DNA from: Naegleria gruberi
Lineage: Eukaryota
Assembly (NCBI GenBank): GCA_000004985.1
Contig: GG738878.1
DNA: 64,000 nucleotides
Reading direction: 5' to 3' (one strand)
Shown here piece by piece: positions 34,981-45,786 of the stretch. The notes below the pieces were generated by a model. It saw only the letters and a list, made by a program, of their open reading frames with translations. It had not been told where the DNA came from and searched no databases. Each line of letters starts with the position of its first letter. Position 1 is the first letter of the stretch. Position numbers and translations under genes: made by a program.

Positions 34981-36269
34981 TTACCACCAAGGAACGAATC
35001 GGAAGGGTTCATTAAGGATCTTTTCATTTCTGAAGGAGTATAACTTGGATAATTCTTGTTGGGGGTAGACTGTGATTGGATTTAAATCATTGGTACTAGT
35101 TGAAGTGGAGTTTTTGCTTTCCAATTTCTTGAGATTTTCCTTGGCATCAGTTTGTAATTGTGAGAGCATGTCTTCTTTTCTGTAGAAGCGTTCATAGCAC
35201 CATTCATTGAATTGTTTCTCATCATGATGTGGAACGGTGTTGATTGGAATCTTTTTGATATTGACACAAATCTTGGTTCCTTTCAGACGTTTCATCAATA
35301 ATTCAGGAGCTCCCAAAACAGGGAATGCCTTATTGACGATTGAGGAAGCAACTTTCTTGTCATTCACTGCCTCTTTTCTACACGATTCAATGTATTCCCT
35401 AGTTGGTGGATATCCAATTGTCACGTCATAAATATATTTAATTCCATTGTCCTTTTCCACAGATAGATCAATATTTGCATTTTCCTGCTGAGTGGTAATT
35501 GCCTTAATCATCATTCCAAGTCCTTTCACTCTTGGAAGGACAACTTGATTTAATTCCCTCAATTTTCTCTCTCTGGCAAATTCATTTGATTTGGTAATAT
35601 TATTTTGGGTGATACGTGTTCCTTCAGGGAAAATCAAGACATAGCTTGGAATATTATCCTTCATTACAGAATTCACTGAATCTGCAATAGATTGTTGGTC
35701 TTTTTGCCAATTTCTATCCAAAACAATTTGTTTTCCTTTAATAATATCAAATAATAATACATTCCAATAATTATTTTCACATATCCACAAATCAATCCAA
35801 ATAAGTAATAATAATAGTAAAATAGGAAAATGAATTCAAACTCACCTAAAATTAACCCAGGAAAACCAAGGAATGGAATGATGAGTAAATCCTTCTTTGC
35901 CAAGAATTTCAAAAATCCCAACAATCCCTTTCTATAGGCAATACATGCCAACACTAGGAAATCAACATTACTCACATGATTACACATGACAAGTGCACTC
36001 TCCTTCTCTTTAATTTCATCTCCTGAAAATTCCAACTCACAACCAGCATAAACCTCTATGAAAAAGACAAACCAATAGAAACCCAATCCACTCACGCTCA
36101 AATTCAATACCTTGATGAATCTGGCAATTCTTGGATGTACTCTTCCGATAGTGTGGAGTAACAGCCAACAAGTAATTTGTGGAATGTTAATTGCCATGAA
36201 AATGTACAGCAGAAAAACAATTACCAACAGTGCAGACAGTACAGCACTGATAATCTTTTGCAATTTCAT
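34981..36269 (-). CDS. Lysophospholipid acyltransferase (AGPAT/LPLAT family), 2 exons (36269..~35846 and ~35735..34981)
   Basis: N-terminal TM, HxxxxD motif (NHVSNVDF), FPEGTR motif; intron G|GTGAGT...ATTAAAG (~35736..35845) in phase 1. Confidence 0.7.
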
Positions 36270-36709
36270 CTTGTTCCGTTTTGAATGTTCTTTGCTTTGA
36301 AAACAGTTGATTTACCCACTTTGAAATCACAACCTGGACCAAATGAGTGTGATGACGTCTTGTTTTTTTTGGGTTGAGACTTCAATCAGCATTGAGTGTC
36401 TCTTGAAGGGTATTCATTGCTGTGGAGATTTTAATATGTCCATTTGAGAGAGATTTAAATTTTCCGTACATAAGGAACGAAGTAATGGAGTATTATTAAT
36501 CTTCAAGGTGGCCACTAAGGAGATTTGGGTTTTAGCAGCCAAGTTGTCGTATATTGATGTTTTAGTACTATTGGCAGTATGGATATGTGTAATAATTATG
36601 ATTGATCTAAATATTTGAATTGAGAATTTCTATCATTCCAATTGTATAAACCAATCTATCAGGTCCCATCGATAGTAGGAGAGGAGAATTGATACAATGA
36701 TGAATAATA

Positions 36710-37981
36710 CTAATTAGTATTGTTCTTTAATAAATAATTTTCCAAAACTGATAAACCCTCAGCAAAATTTCTTCTTCCTAGTCCAATTCTCAAATGTTTA
36801 TCGTCCATTCTATTGTAAACAGTTGAAGGAAGGAGTAAAACTCCACAATCTCTATTCACTCTTTCACAAAATCTGAAACTTCCCTCCTTCCAATCTTTGA
36901 AATGAATGTAACCAATAGGTCCTGCACGAGGAGGAATCCACTCAAATATATGATTAGCCCTTTTTGTGAAAAACTCTTCAGCCAATTTGAAATTCGTTGC
37001 AATAATTTCTCGATTCTTTGTGAGAATTTGGTCTGATTGTTTGAGAGCAATTTTTGAAAGACATTCCGATGGTGCTGGATTGCAAATAGTTGTAAAATCC
37101 TTTCCCTTGAGTAGAGAATCCAATAATTGCAAATTTTGTGAAACCACCCATCCCGTTCTTAAACCTGCCAAACCATATGATTTAGACATGACATTGAGTG
37201 AAATGGCATTATAATACAAGGATGAAAGTGATGGTATCGATGCATCTGTTTCATTATACTCTAATCCTCGATAAACTTCATCTGAAAATATTAACAAGTT
37301 CTTCTTTTTTGCAATTTCTATAATATAATTAATTTCCTCCAATGTATGCAAGTGACCTGTTGGATTATGGATTGGATTAAGAATAATGGCCTTAGTTTTT
37401 GGTTGAATTAAACTCTCCAATTCGTTCACATCAAAATTCCAACCATTTTTCGTCTTTTTTGCATTCCAAGCACTCACCCTTGTCTTGACTACATGGGAAA
37501 ACTCTGAAAGTGCTTGATATCTAGGTGATTGAATAATCACGTGATCATCCTTCTCTAAACAAGTCATTCCAAACAGTAAAATTGGTTCCACACCACCTGT
37601 GTGAATTAATACATTGGCAGCACCAAGCTTACTCTTATCGTACCACTGTGGGTGAGTGTTAATAATTAAATCTCTCAATTCGTAATCTCCCTTTGATTCC
37701 GTATATCCTAAATGACAATTTAACAGTGCCTGTAAATTATCCTCATCATTTCCTATCAATTCTTTAATACTCATCGATTCACAATCGGAGGAACACAACA
37801 AGTATTTTGATGAAAATTCATACTTGGCAAAGAAGCGTTCCAAAACAAAGGGTTGATCTAATAGACGATTGGAATATTGTCGGGACTGTTGTGATGATGA
37901 TGAAAAGCAAGAAGAAGAAGACTTGCTGATTTTCCTGCACACTACACCGTATGAAGAAATGTTCGACAGCAAGTTTTTCAT
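36710..37981 (-). CDS. PLP-dependent aminotransferase, class I/II fold, with N-terminal mitochondrial-presequence-like region
   Basis: NPxNPTG (NPIHNPTGH), SKSYGLAGLRTGW lysine region, C-terminal RIGLG; S/R-rich N-terminus. Confidence 0.65.
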   Translation of the reverse strand: MKNLLSNISSYGVVCRKISKSSSSCFSSSSQQSRQYSNRLLDQPFVLERFFAKYEFSSKYLLCSSDCESMSIKELIGNDEDNLQALLNCHLGYTESKGDYELRDLIINTHPQWYDKSKLGAANVLIHTGGVEPILLFGMTCLEKDDHVIIQSPRYQALSEFSHVVKTRVSAWNAKKTKNGWNFDVNELESLIQPKTKAIILNPIHNPTGHLHTLEEINYIIEIAKKKNLLIFSDEVYRGLEYNETDASIPSLSSLYYNAISLNVMSKSYGLAGLRTGWVVSQNLQLLDSLLKGKDFTTICNPAPSECLSKIALKQSDQILTKNREIIATNFKLAEEFFTKRANHIFEWIPPRAGPIGYIHFKDWKEGSFRFCERVNRDCGVLLLPSTVYNRMDDKHLRIGLGRRNFAEGLSVLENYLLKNNTN

Positions 37982-38141
37982 TTTTTTATTAAAAATTTAA
38001 AAAATTAAAATTCTTTTTCCACAGATTCTCAAAGTGTGAAGGATTGAAAACAATGCAAGTGCTGTGGTGAGTGAGCTTTAGAAAGACACTGGTGAAATTA
38101 AATGTGATTATTGTTGAAGTATAGAGTTTTGAAAAGTATTA

Positions 38142-39769
38142 TTATGCAGAACTAACAATGCTCTTTGCAACGCCTTCTACCTTGGCCAGAACTCTCAAAA
38201 AGTTGAGACCCATGATATTCTTTACACAAGTGTCATCATATCCCTTTTGAATGAGGGCAGCTGCGATGGTCATGTGATTGGCAGAGGATTCTGCTCCACT
38301 GGTTGTAAATGGTTGATTTGGATTCTCAAATCCTTGTCCAATTCCAACATATTCACAGCTATTGGTGATTGTTTTGACATAGTCAATGTGTTCAACAATG
38401 TCATCAACACTGGCTCTTGAGGATGATGAGCTAATTTCCCATTTAATCATTTTCATTGTGGCTTCTTCAGGAGTGGTTGAATTGTCAGCCTTGAATTTGT
38501 TAAATTGCAATCTTTCCTTATTGCTGAGTTGGAGTGGATTTTGAGAAATAATGACAAGTCCTTGATTTTCCTTGATGAGAAGTAGAACTTCATCAGAGAG
38601 GTTGTCTTCATGGCTTGATAGATATTTAGAACCAGTAGAAGAGATGATGACTGGTGCAAAGGAGACTGAAAGAGCAGAGGTAATAGCACTCTCAGTACAA
38701 TGTGCCAAATCAATAACCATTCCAAGTTTGTTCATTCCAATAATTATTCTCTTTCCAGGTGTGCTCACTCCATTTGTATATCCTCCAATGGTCTTATAAT
38801 TTGAAGATTGAATGAATTTGTTTGGACATTTTTGAGAGGCAAGTGTCATGATACGAGCTCCTGCTGTATAATAGTATTGCAACACTTCCAATGAATCTCT
38901 AATAGTATGTCCACCATCAATGTGTGTCAGAACAGAAATCTTTCTAGTCTTGAATACTTTGTTAATTTCACCACTGGCATGTACTTCACGCATTTCATTA
39001 GAATGTTGTTTTACAATATTTTCTCTAATGAGATCCATTTGTGAGACAGTTCTAGCAAAGATGGTTGTTTCATTACAATCAGAACTTCCACCAGTTGTCA
39101 ATACTAAAACACTAACATTTCCTACTTGTAATTTTGGGATATTTGTTGTCAGAGTAAGTTGGTGATCCTTGTATAAATTGACTAATGAATCTCTAGTTGG
39201 AGAATTGGTCAAGTTCAATAATGAATCGAACTGCTTCCATTCCATTATTTTCGATAATTTATATGGTAAATAATTGGTATATTCTACAAATGGTACATAA
39301 TCTGTGGCAATTGCTTTGGCTCTAAATATTCATCATCAATCATCAAATAATTATTATTAAATTAAATAATAATAATAACAGGTAGATAAATTATTAATAA
39401 ATTATCAATACTCTAATTATTACTCTAAATTCCTTACCTATCATATGGATTAACTGGTAATAACAAGGCTGATGCCGATAAAAAGGAAATGACAGGAATG
39501 AGCACCGAAATGATCGTTATCAACATGAGCAATGAAACTGTACAATACAAGATATATCTTCTAATTTGCTTTCTCAAGGCTTGAGAGGAAAGTCCTTGCT
39601 CGGAATCTGAATTTCTCATCAAACACAATAGTAAACATTTTAAAATTGCCAATGGTGTAAAATTTGTCTCTACTCTCCGATCCAGATCAAACTCTTCATC
39701 ATCATTGTTTTGCGTTCTTTGATTTGTTGTTGTATTATCATCAATTAATCGACTTGGTTGTAAATCCAT
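38142..39769 (-). CDS. Membrane dipeptidase (peptidase M19, renal-dipeptidase-like) with N-terminal signal-anchor exon; exons 39769..~39437 and ~39300..38142
   Basis: HIDGGH, VIDLAHCTE, YVGIGQGFEN M19-like motifs; upstream exon with TM helix (ILYCTVSLLMLITIISVLIPVISFL) joined by GTAAGG...ATATTTAG intron giving ...NPYD R AKAIATDYVPFVEY. Confidence 0.65.
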
Positions 39770-39920
39770 TTTTTTGTATTTTTATTATTAGATTCTAATT
39801 GAATCATTTTCAAACTGTTTAATTCATCAATTAATTGATAAAGAATGAGTTGAATGAAACATGATATTTATGTATCATTGTCATATTACAAGAATTTAAT
39901 TTTGAAAATTTACAAAATAT

Positions 39921-40529
39921 TTACAAAATGGTACAACAAGTTGATTTTCTAGTTTTTCTATAAAAATCTTTAGCTCCATCCGATAATTCATTGGTTTGTT
40001 CAATGAGCTTATCAATATGAGTTCCTCGTTCCAATAATTTATCAAGAGTTTGATGGAGAACTTCCTTAGTGTCTTCGATATCTTGTTTAAGCTTATACAT
40101 GGTGTCTCCTTTGGTTGGATCTTGATATTTGGTCATGAGTTCTTTGAGTTGGGCATTAAATTGCGAACATTCATTGTCCTTTGTGAATGTTGTGAAGGAA
40201 GACTTCATCAACCAATCTGAGAATGCTCTCAAAGTATATCTAACCAAATCAAAAGCCACTCTTAATGGATAATCCTTATCAGTGACCAATACACAACTCA
40301 TTCCTTCCTTTGTTTTTTGTACATAACCAACCAAATCATCCTTTTCAACTTGTTGTCTCAACCCAGGTTGAGTCTTTTCTGCCAATAATTTAGCCAAAAA
40401 GACTGTAATTTCTGTGATTTGATCAGTATAGAAGAAACTATACCATCCACTATCTACATTACTACTCAACACTAAAGGTTTGCTTGAATGTTGTTGTTTC
40501 AAGATGAATAATCCGTAAATTTTGACCAT
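39921..40529 (-). CDS. YKT6: Longin-type R-SNARE Ykt6 with C-terminal CCTIL prenylation/palmitoylation motif
   Basis: Longin domain, SNARE heptads, C-terminal CCxxL with no TM domain. Confidence 0.8.
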   Translation of the reverse strand: MVKIYGLFILKQQHSSKPLVLSSNVDSGWYSFFYTDQITEITVFLAKLLAEKTQPGLRQQVEKDDLVGYVQKTKEGMSCVLVTDKDYPLRVAFDLVRYTLRAFSDWLMKSSFTTFTKDNECSQFNAQLKELMTKYQDPTKGDTMYKLKQDIEDTKEVLHQTLDKLLERGTHIDKLIEQTNELSDGAKDFYRKTRKSTCCTIL

Positions 40530-40938
40530 TTTCTTCCTTCTCCGAGAATTGTTGTTGATTTGTTTTTAATTATTTTCCGTTATAATATTAAATTATAATA
40601 TTTATCAAAATTGATCTTCTATTTGTTATTCCTTTTCACCAACAATAACACAAGCTCTCTCGCTATTAATATTTATATTATTACTATGATGATAATAAAT
40701 GTTTAATACGATTCTAAAAGATCTTCCTAATGTGTACGCTTTAACGTTCTTTTTCTTTTTTTTTGCTTCTAATTTCCCTCCAAACTGCATATGCTGGTGA
40801 AGTTTCTGAAACATTTTCAACGTTCATATAGTATTGTAAATGACGTAATGGAAAGGAATCAATAATTGCTGCTTTGAAAATAAGTTGTCCAGATGTAGAG
40901 CTAGATGTTTATTGTGAAATTGCATTGTTCTGCGTCAA

Positions 40939-41703
40939 TTAAGGACGGTACATGACATCTGATCTGAGAATGTACTTTTTACAATTTTCGTCTCCTTCAA
41001 CTTCCAGACCTTCGTGTAAGAGTTGTCTTACATCTTGCTCAAATACACAAACAGTTCCAGTTTTTGGTTTAATACGAGCTTGGAAACCCTTCTCTAGAAA
41101 GACGGTCTCTCCTCCCTCAAAATCATCATTCAAATAAACCATGAATGTAAAGAAACTTTTACAATTGTTGGAATGATTGGCAGCATCTACGTGAGGTCCA
41201 AATTTGTGACCGAATTTCTTGTGGAGATACTTGATGTATCGAATCATGGGATTGAGGCCTTGAAGAGGTCTGTCAATTCCAGAAACTTTGTAAGATTGTG
41301 GAAGAAAGTCTCGACTTCTTTCGAATAGAATTTCAGAGAGCTTCTCATCCATGATTGATTTTCTAAAGCAATGACGATTTCCACTCAACTTGAAATCAAG
41401 TCCAACCGTTTCCATTGCTTTAATCATTAGTTGGCATTCGTCTGATGAAAAACAATTTTCTATTAAAAATCCAGTTAACCCCATTCGATTATTTGGAAAC
41501 AAATCTACAACTTTAATTTGAGTCTTATCATAATTCTCGAATATTTCAGCAGAAATGTGATCCGAAAGAGTTTCAACTTTATGAGATGAAAAATTATACG
41601 AAAGTGGAATTTCCTCTTCATATTTAAATCCAAAATCTTCTTTCAGTTCCGAAGTTTGATATTCATCAATCCATGATGAATCCTCTTCTTTAATTGTTGA
41701 CAT
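40939..41703 (-). CDS. 2-oxoglutarate/Fe(II)-dependent oxygenase (prolyl-4-hydroxylase-like)
   Basis: HxD...H triad context (FGPHVDAANH ... GGETVF ... RSDVMY). Confidence 0.6.
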   Translation of the reverse strand: MSTIKEEDSSWIDEYQTSELKEDFGFKYEEEIPLSYNFSSHKVETLSDHISAEIFENYDKTQIKVVDLFPNNRMGLTGFLIENCFSSDECQLMIKAMETVGLDFKLSGNRHCFRKSIMDEKLSEILFERSRDFLPQSYKVSGIDRPLQGLNPMIRYIKYLHKKFGHKFGPHVDAANHSNNCKSFFTFMVYLNDDFEGGETVFLEKGFQARIKPKTGTVCVFEQDVRQLLHEGLEVEGDENCKKYILRSDVMYRP

Positions 41704-41916
41704 TTTTTTTGATAACTATAATTATGGAAAGGTTCATTTACAAATTGCATAGTTTTCTTCACAGCAGTACTCAATAACATCTTTGTAAAATTGACTCAAT
41801 TTCAGTTTAGCACAGGCCAGAAACTTATTTTGATAAGTAATCTCAATGTTCCACATGTAAATAGAGTGTTTTCATTTGGTATTCATAAAGACATATTGCA
41901 ATATTCACCTTACAAA

Positions 41917-43095
41917 TCATTCAAACTGAAAATAGCAATCAGTGAGTATTGATCGATTTTGAAGATAAGTAGCTAACTTGGGATAAATGACTGCTGAAAA
42001 TGTTTTGTAAAAAACAACTGTTCTTGAGTGTGCAGTAACTTGATAATTGTTTCCAGGAATTCCATCAAATTCTTTTGAAGCATCCACCACATATCTCACA
42101 TTATGACAATTGCTTATCGCATAAAATAATCCATTGAATTCAATAAAGAATATATCCTTAATATATCTAATCTTTGCATTGTCTATGTTGGATTCAGAAA
42201 ATTGTGGATAAGAGCTCAACAACTGTTTCAAATTCTTATATTCCATCATTGCTCCATATAACCTGTAATTCTCACAAGTTGGAGTAGTGTTTGCAAATCT
42301 CACTACCGTACAATCGTATCCTCCAAAAGCTTCAGAAATTTTCATTTCATAATCAACAGAAAAATGTGCAGTACCCTCCCTATGTGGCATCTGATTACTT
42401 GCATTATCTCCACAAAACATTACAGTATCATCTTCAAATATTACAAAAAATTGAAAACTGGCACATTCAATTTTCTTAATTTTCTTTTCACAACAAAACT
42501 GGCTTACTTGCCAACCCATTACCGTGTGAACAGAATTCACCCAATCCTGACCTGAAATTCTAATATCATGACAATCCAAAACGATTATTGTAAAGGAAAA
42601 ACATGATGCAATATGTGTAATTTGCTGTCTAAATCCATTGACGGTCGGAGGAGTGTACAGGAGAGTAAATTTCTCCGTACCATCCTCATTCATACAATGA
42701 CTATTACCTAATCCAAAACAATCATGGGCCGAAATGCCACTTCCATAGAGATAAGTATTATTGATCTCATCACGAACCAAATAAAGTGTTGATCCCTCGG
42801 AAAATGTTGAAATATCTTCAATAAATAATTTTCCATCATTTGTATGGGTAGTGTCGAGAAGATAAGGAACTTGTATTATGCTGCTATCAGCAAAATCATC
42901 ATATTTGAAAATATAAACCTGACCACTCTCCGATAAGATGACTACATTTGTCTGATTGACCTCTACTTTTTTAATTCTCTCAAAATCAGGAATTTTAATG
43001 GTTGTGCAAGTATTCAGATTTACAATATGAAATGGTTCTTGGTGATTGGTTGGTGTTCTATCGTTGTAGCTATAGTGGTGGTAGATTTTGAGCAT
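41917..43095 (-). CDS. Unknown protein (Cys-rich, probably beta-rich/propeller-like)
   Basis: 392-aa ORF; no motif recognised. Confidence 0.4.
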   Translation of the reverse strand: MLKIYHHYSYNDRTPTNHQEPFHIVNLNTCTTIKIPDFERIKKVEVNQTNVVILSESGQVYIFKYDDFADSSIIQVPYLLDTTHTNDGKLFIEDISTFSEGSTLYLVRDEINNTYLYGSGISAHDCFGLGNSHCMNEDGTEKFTLLYTPPTVNGFRQQITHIASCFSFTIIVLDCHDIRISGQDWVNSVHTVMGWQVSQFCCEKKIKKIECASFQFFVIFEDDTVMFCGDNASNQMPHREGTAHFSVDYEMKISEAFGGYDCTVVRFANTTPTCENYRLYGAMMEYKNLKQLLSSYPQFSESNIDNAKIRYIKDIFFIEFNGLFYAISNCHNVRYVVDASKEFDGIPGNNYQVTAHSRTVVFYKTFSAVIYPKLATYLQNRSILTDCYFQFE

Positions 43096-43202
43096 TTTTT
43101 TTTGATTAATAATTTAAATTGGTTGAGTTGACGGGGAACTTGATTACAAAAATCTCAATATTTATGGTATTTTGTTATTTCATAATAAGGATATCATAAC
43201 TA

Positions 43203-43673
43203 CTACCATTCTCCATATTCCATAATTGCCAAAACAAATAATTGAGGACAATAGACAACATGATGAACAAATCCAAAACCTCCTCCTCCAGTATCAACAA
43301 ATGCTCCTGCATTTAACACTTTAATTTCATCTCTCATTGATTTCCCATATAATTCCTCAACTTTTTCATATAATTCTTGAATCTTTGCCTTATTTCTCAA
43401 ATTTTCATCGTTTAATATGTAATATTGAGTTGTTCCGTATGGATTTTCCATCAGTAATGAAATTTGCACTCCTAAATTTTCAACAGAATGAGTTGGATTA
43501 TTGTCGGAATCATGATTCAAGGAGGATGGAAGTGGTTTTGTAGTCAAATCAAACCATTCAATTTTTCTCTCATCACGAAATTTACGATAATCCCAATATT
43601 CAATGGTCTGATCCTCTCGGATCTCCTCAAAGAGTTTGAGAAGGGAAGGGTCTAGCTGTTGATGTTGAGACAT
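43203..43673 (-). CDS. Unknown small protein (156 aa); may be 5' exon(s) of the downstream 41917..43095 gene
   Basis: ORF ends ...MEYGEW*; a GTAGTA lies at the stop and the downstream ORF follows 107 nt later on the same strand. Confidence 0.35.
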   Translation of the reverse strand: MSQHQQLDPSLLKLFEEIREDQTIEYWDYRKFRDERKIEWFDLTTKPLPSSLNHDSDNNPTHSVENLGVQISLLMENPYGTTQYYILNDENLRNKAKIQELYEKVEELYGKSMRDEIKVLNAGAFVDTGGGGFGFVHHVVYCPQLFVLAIMEYGEW

Positions 43674-43764
43674 TTTTTTTGAAATGTTTGAAAAAGTTCA
43701 TTTTACTGTTAGGTCTATAAAGTAAATTGAAATTTTACAATTTGAAAAAAGTTTACAATAGTGT

Positions 43765-45507
43765 TTAATAACTTTCATTCATACGAATGGTTTCGAATCG
43801 TTTAATATTCCACAACCATCCCTTTCCAATATCTCCAATATCATTTTGAAAAATATCTAAAAATCTCAAACTTTTCAATTCTGTTGTCCGACAAATATAT
43901 TCAACACCAATGAAGGATATTTGATTATCGCTTATATTAAGCTCTGACACATTATTGAGGTTTGTACTTTGTGCAAGGTATCTGACTCCTTCATCTGAAA
44001 TTTTACATTTTTGTAAAATGAGTTTTCTTAATTTGGAAAAGTTTTCATTCCTTGCAATGTGGAAAGCACCTTCTTTACCAATTGGATTACCAGATAATCT
44101 TATTACCGTTAAATTAATCAAGTATTGGCTTTTACATAGAAAACTGCATCCTAAACTCGTAATTTCTGTCAATCGATAATCAAGACTTGTAAGGTTCACT
44201 AAGGTTGGAGCATTTGCAACTCTTTGACATCCATAATCACCTTCCTCATATATTCCCAGATATTTAACTTTTCCCATATTGTTTCCATTTAAAATTAGTT
44301 CGCAGAGTTCGTCATTGATATGATGTAAGCAAATGTCAAGTTCGGTCAACTTGGAAAAATTGGTGCTTGACATTAATGATGTGAGACCTTCTTGAGTTAA
44401 ATTATTGTAATTGAGGGCAATAGACCGTAAGTTTCCAATAAATTCACTTTCAGCAATACACTTGACGGCTGGATCAGTAATTCCAATTTTACAAATATTC
44501 AATTTTACCAAATTCTGAAAGGCAGGATTTCTTGCCATCTCAATAATTGGATCATTTCCAATTTCCACATTCCTGCTCAGAAACAAATTCTTCAAATTAG
44601 TGAAATTTTGACTTGTTGCAAATGACATCATGCCATCAAAACCAATTTCACAATCGCATGCATTCAGAAGAGTTAAATTGGGCATTTTCTTACATTTTGC
44701 AATCGATCGCATGCCTTCATCACCAATTTTTGTTTTTTCTACAAACAAATTTGTCAAGTTTTTGAAATTCTCTGAACTGCACAGAAAATTCATTCCAATT
44801 TTGGTAATGGCACTTTGGCTAACATCCAAATGAGTTAATTTTGTTAAACATGGACTATTGGCAAGATGATTCATTCCTTCATCTGTAAAATCGTTGTATC
44901 CAATATCCAAATATGTTAAATTTTTTAAATTTTCACAAATGGAAATTGATAAAATTCCCTTATCAGTAATGTAATTTCCATTCAAGTTTAAACTTGTTAA
45001 ACTGTTAGTGATATCTTCAACTATGAAAGTTTCCAAACTGTAGTCTTGAATTCGGTTCAATGGAATGTTCAGCGAACGTAGGTTTCGAATATGAGAATTG
45101 GACGAAATCAAACGTATTCCACTATCTTCCAATCTTGATTCGTCTCTGAATTGACACGAAAAATCCAATTCTGTAATATTTGGAATAAATCTCGATTCTG
45201 AACTTGCCATTTTCTTTAGAATCGAATAAGCGCTTGTTGAACTCTTAATTTTATAGCTCAATTTGACGTGTTGCAGACTTTCGTATAACCATTGCTTGGA
45301 GATTAATGCACAGGTGGTTAGAATAAACTTGAGATCGAGGAAGGTCATGATTTGATAGCAAATATCATCTGGAATATCGAGATGATTGAATTTAGTTTGA
45401 AGTTTCTTTCGTATAAAAAAGTTTGGACATGATTGGGGACTTGATGTGGAATATGGTGTTGAAATTGAAGAAACATCTAAGGTGTAAATTGGATAGGCAA
45501 TCCTCAT
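43765..45507 (-). CDS. F-box-like + RNI-type leucine-rich-repeat protein
   Basis: ICYQIMTFLDLKFILTTCALISKQWL F-box-like; about 18 RNI/AMN1-type LRRs (LxxLxLxxCxIxDxG). Confidence 0.7.
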   Translation of the reverse strand: MRIAYPIYTLDVSSISTPYSTSSPQSCPNFFIRKKLQTKFNHLDIPDDICYQIMTFLDLKFILTTCALISKQWLYESLQHVKLSYKIKSSTSAYSILKKMASSESRFIPNITELDFSCQFRDESRLEDSGIRLISSNSHIRNLRSLNIPLNRIQDYSLETFIVEDITNSLTSLNLNGNYITDKGILSISICENLKNLTYLDIGYNDFTDEGMNHLANSPCLTKLTHLDVSQSAITKIGMNFLCSSENFKNLTNLFVEKTKIGDEGMRSIAKCKKMPNLTLLNACDCEIGFDGMMSFATSQNFTNLKNLFLSRNVEIGNDPIIEMARNPAFQNLVKLNICKIGITDPAVKCIAESEFIGNLRSIALNYNNLTQEGLTSLMSSTNFSKLTELDICLHHINDELCELILNGNNMGKVKYLGIYEEGDYGCQRVANAPTLVNLTSLDYRLTEITSLGCSFLCKSQYLINLTVIRLSGNPIGKEGAFHIARNENFSKLRKLILQKCKISDEGVRYLAQSTNLNNVSELNISDNQISFIGVEYICRTTELKSLRFLDIFQNDIGDIGKGWLWNIKRFETIRMNESY

Positions 45508-45786
45508 TGTATTTGTTGATATAATTTTTTTTAAAAACTAACTGGTTATATTTAGTAGGTAGTTTTTATTCGAAAGTTCATAACCATAGAACAATGAACT
45601 TCAAGTTACAATTCAATTAATTTCTCAGTTTTCAAAACATCAAATGTTATTTCAATTTTGGTCGCATCTAAACGAAACCCAGAACGAAATTCGAAATTCT
45701 ATTGAGAGAATAAATAAATATTAAAAAATTCAACAATAGTTTCAGATAACAACAATTTGAATTTATCCTTTAGTATTTGAATTGAT

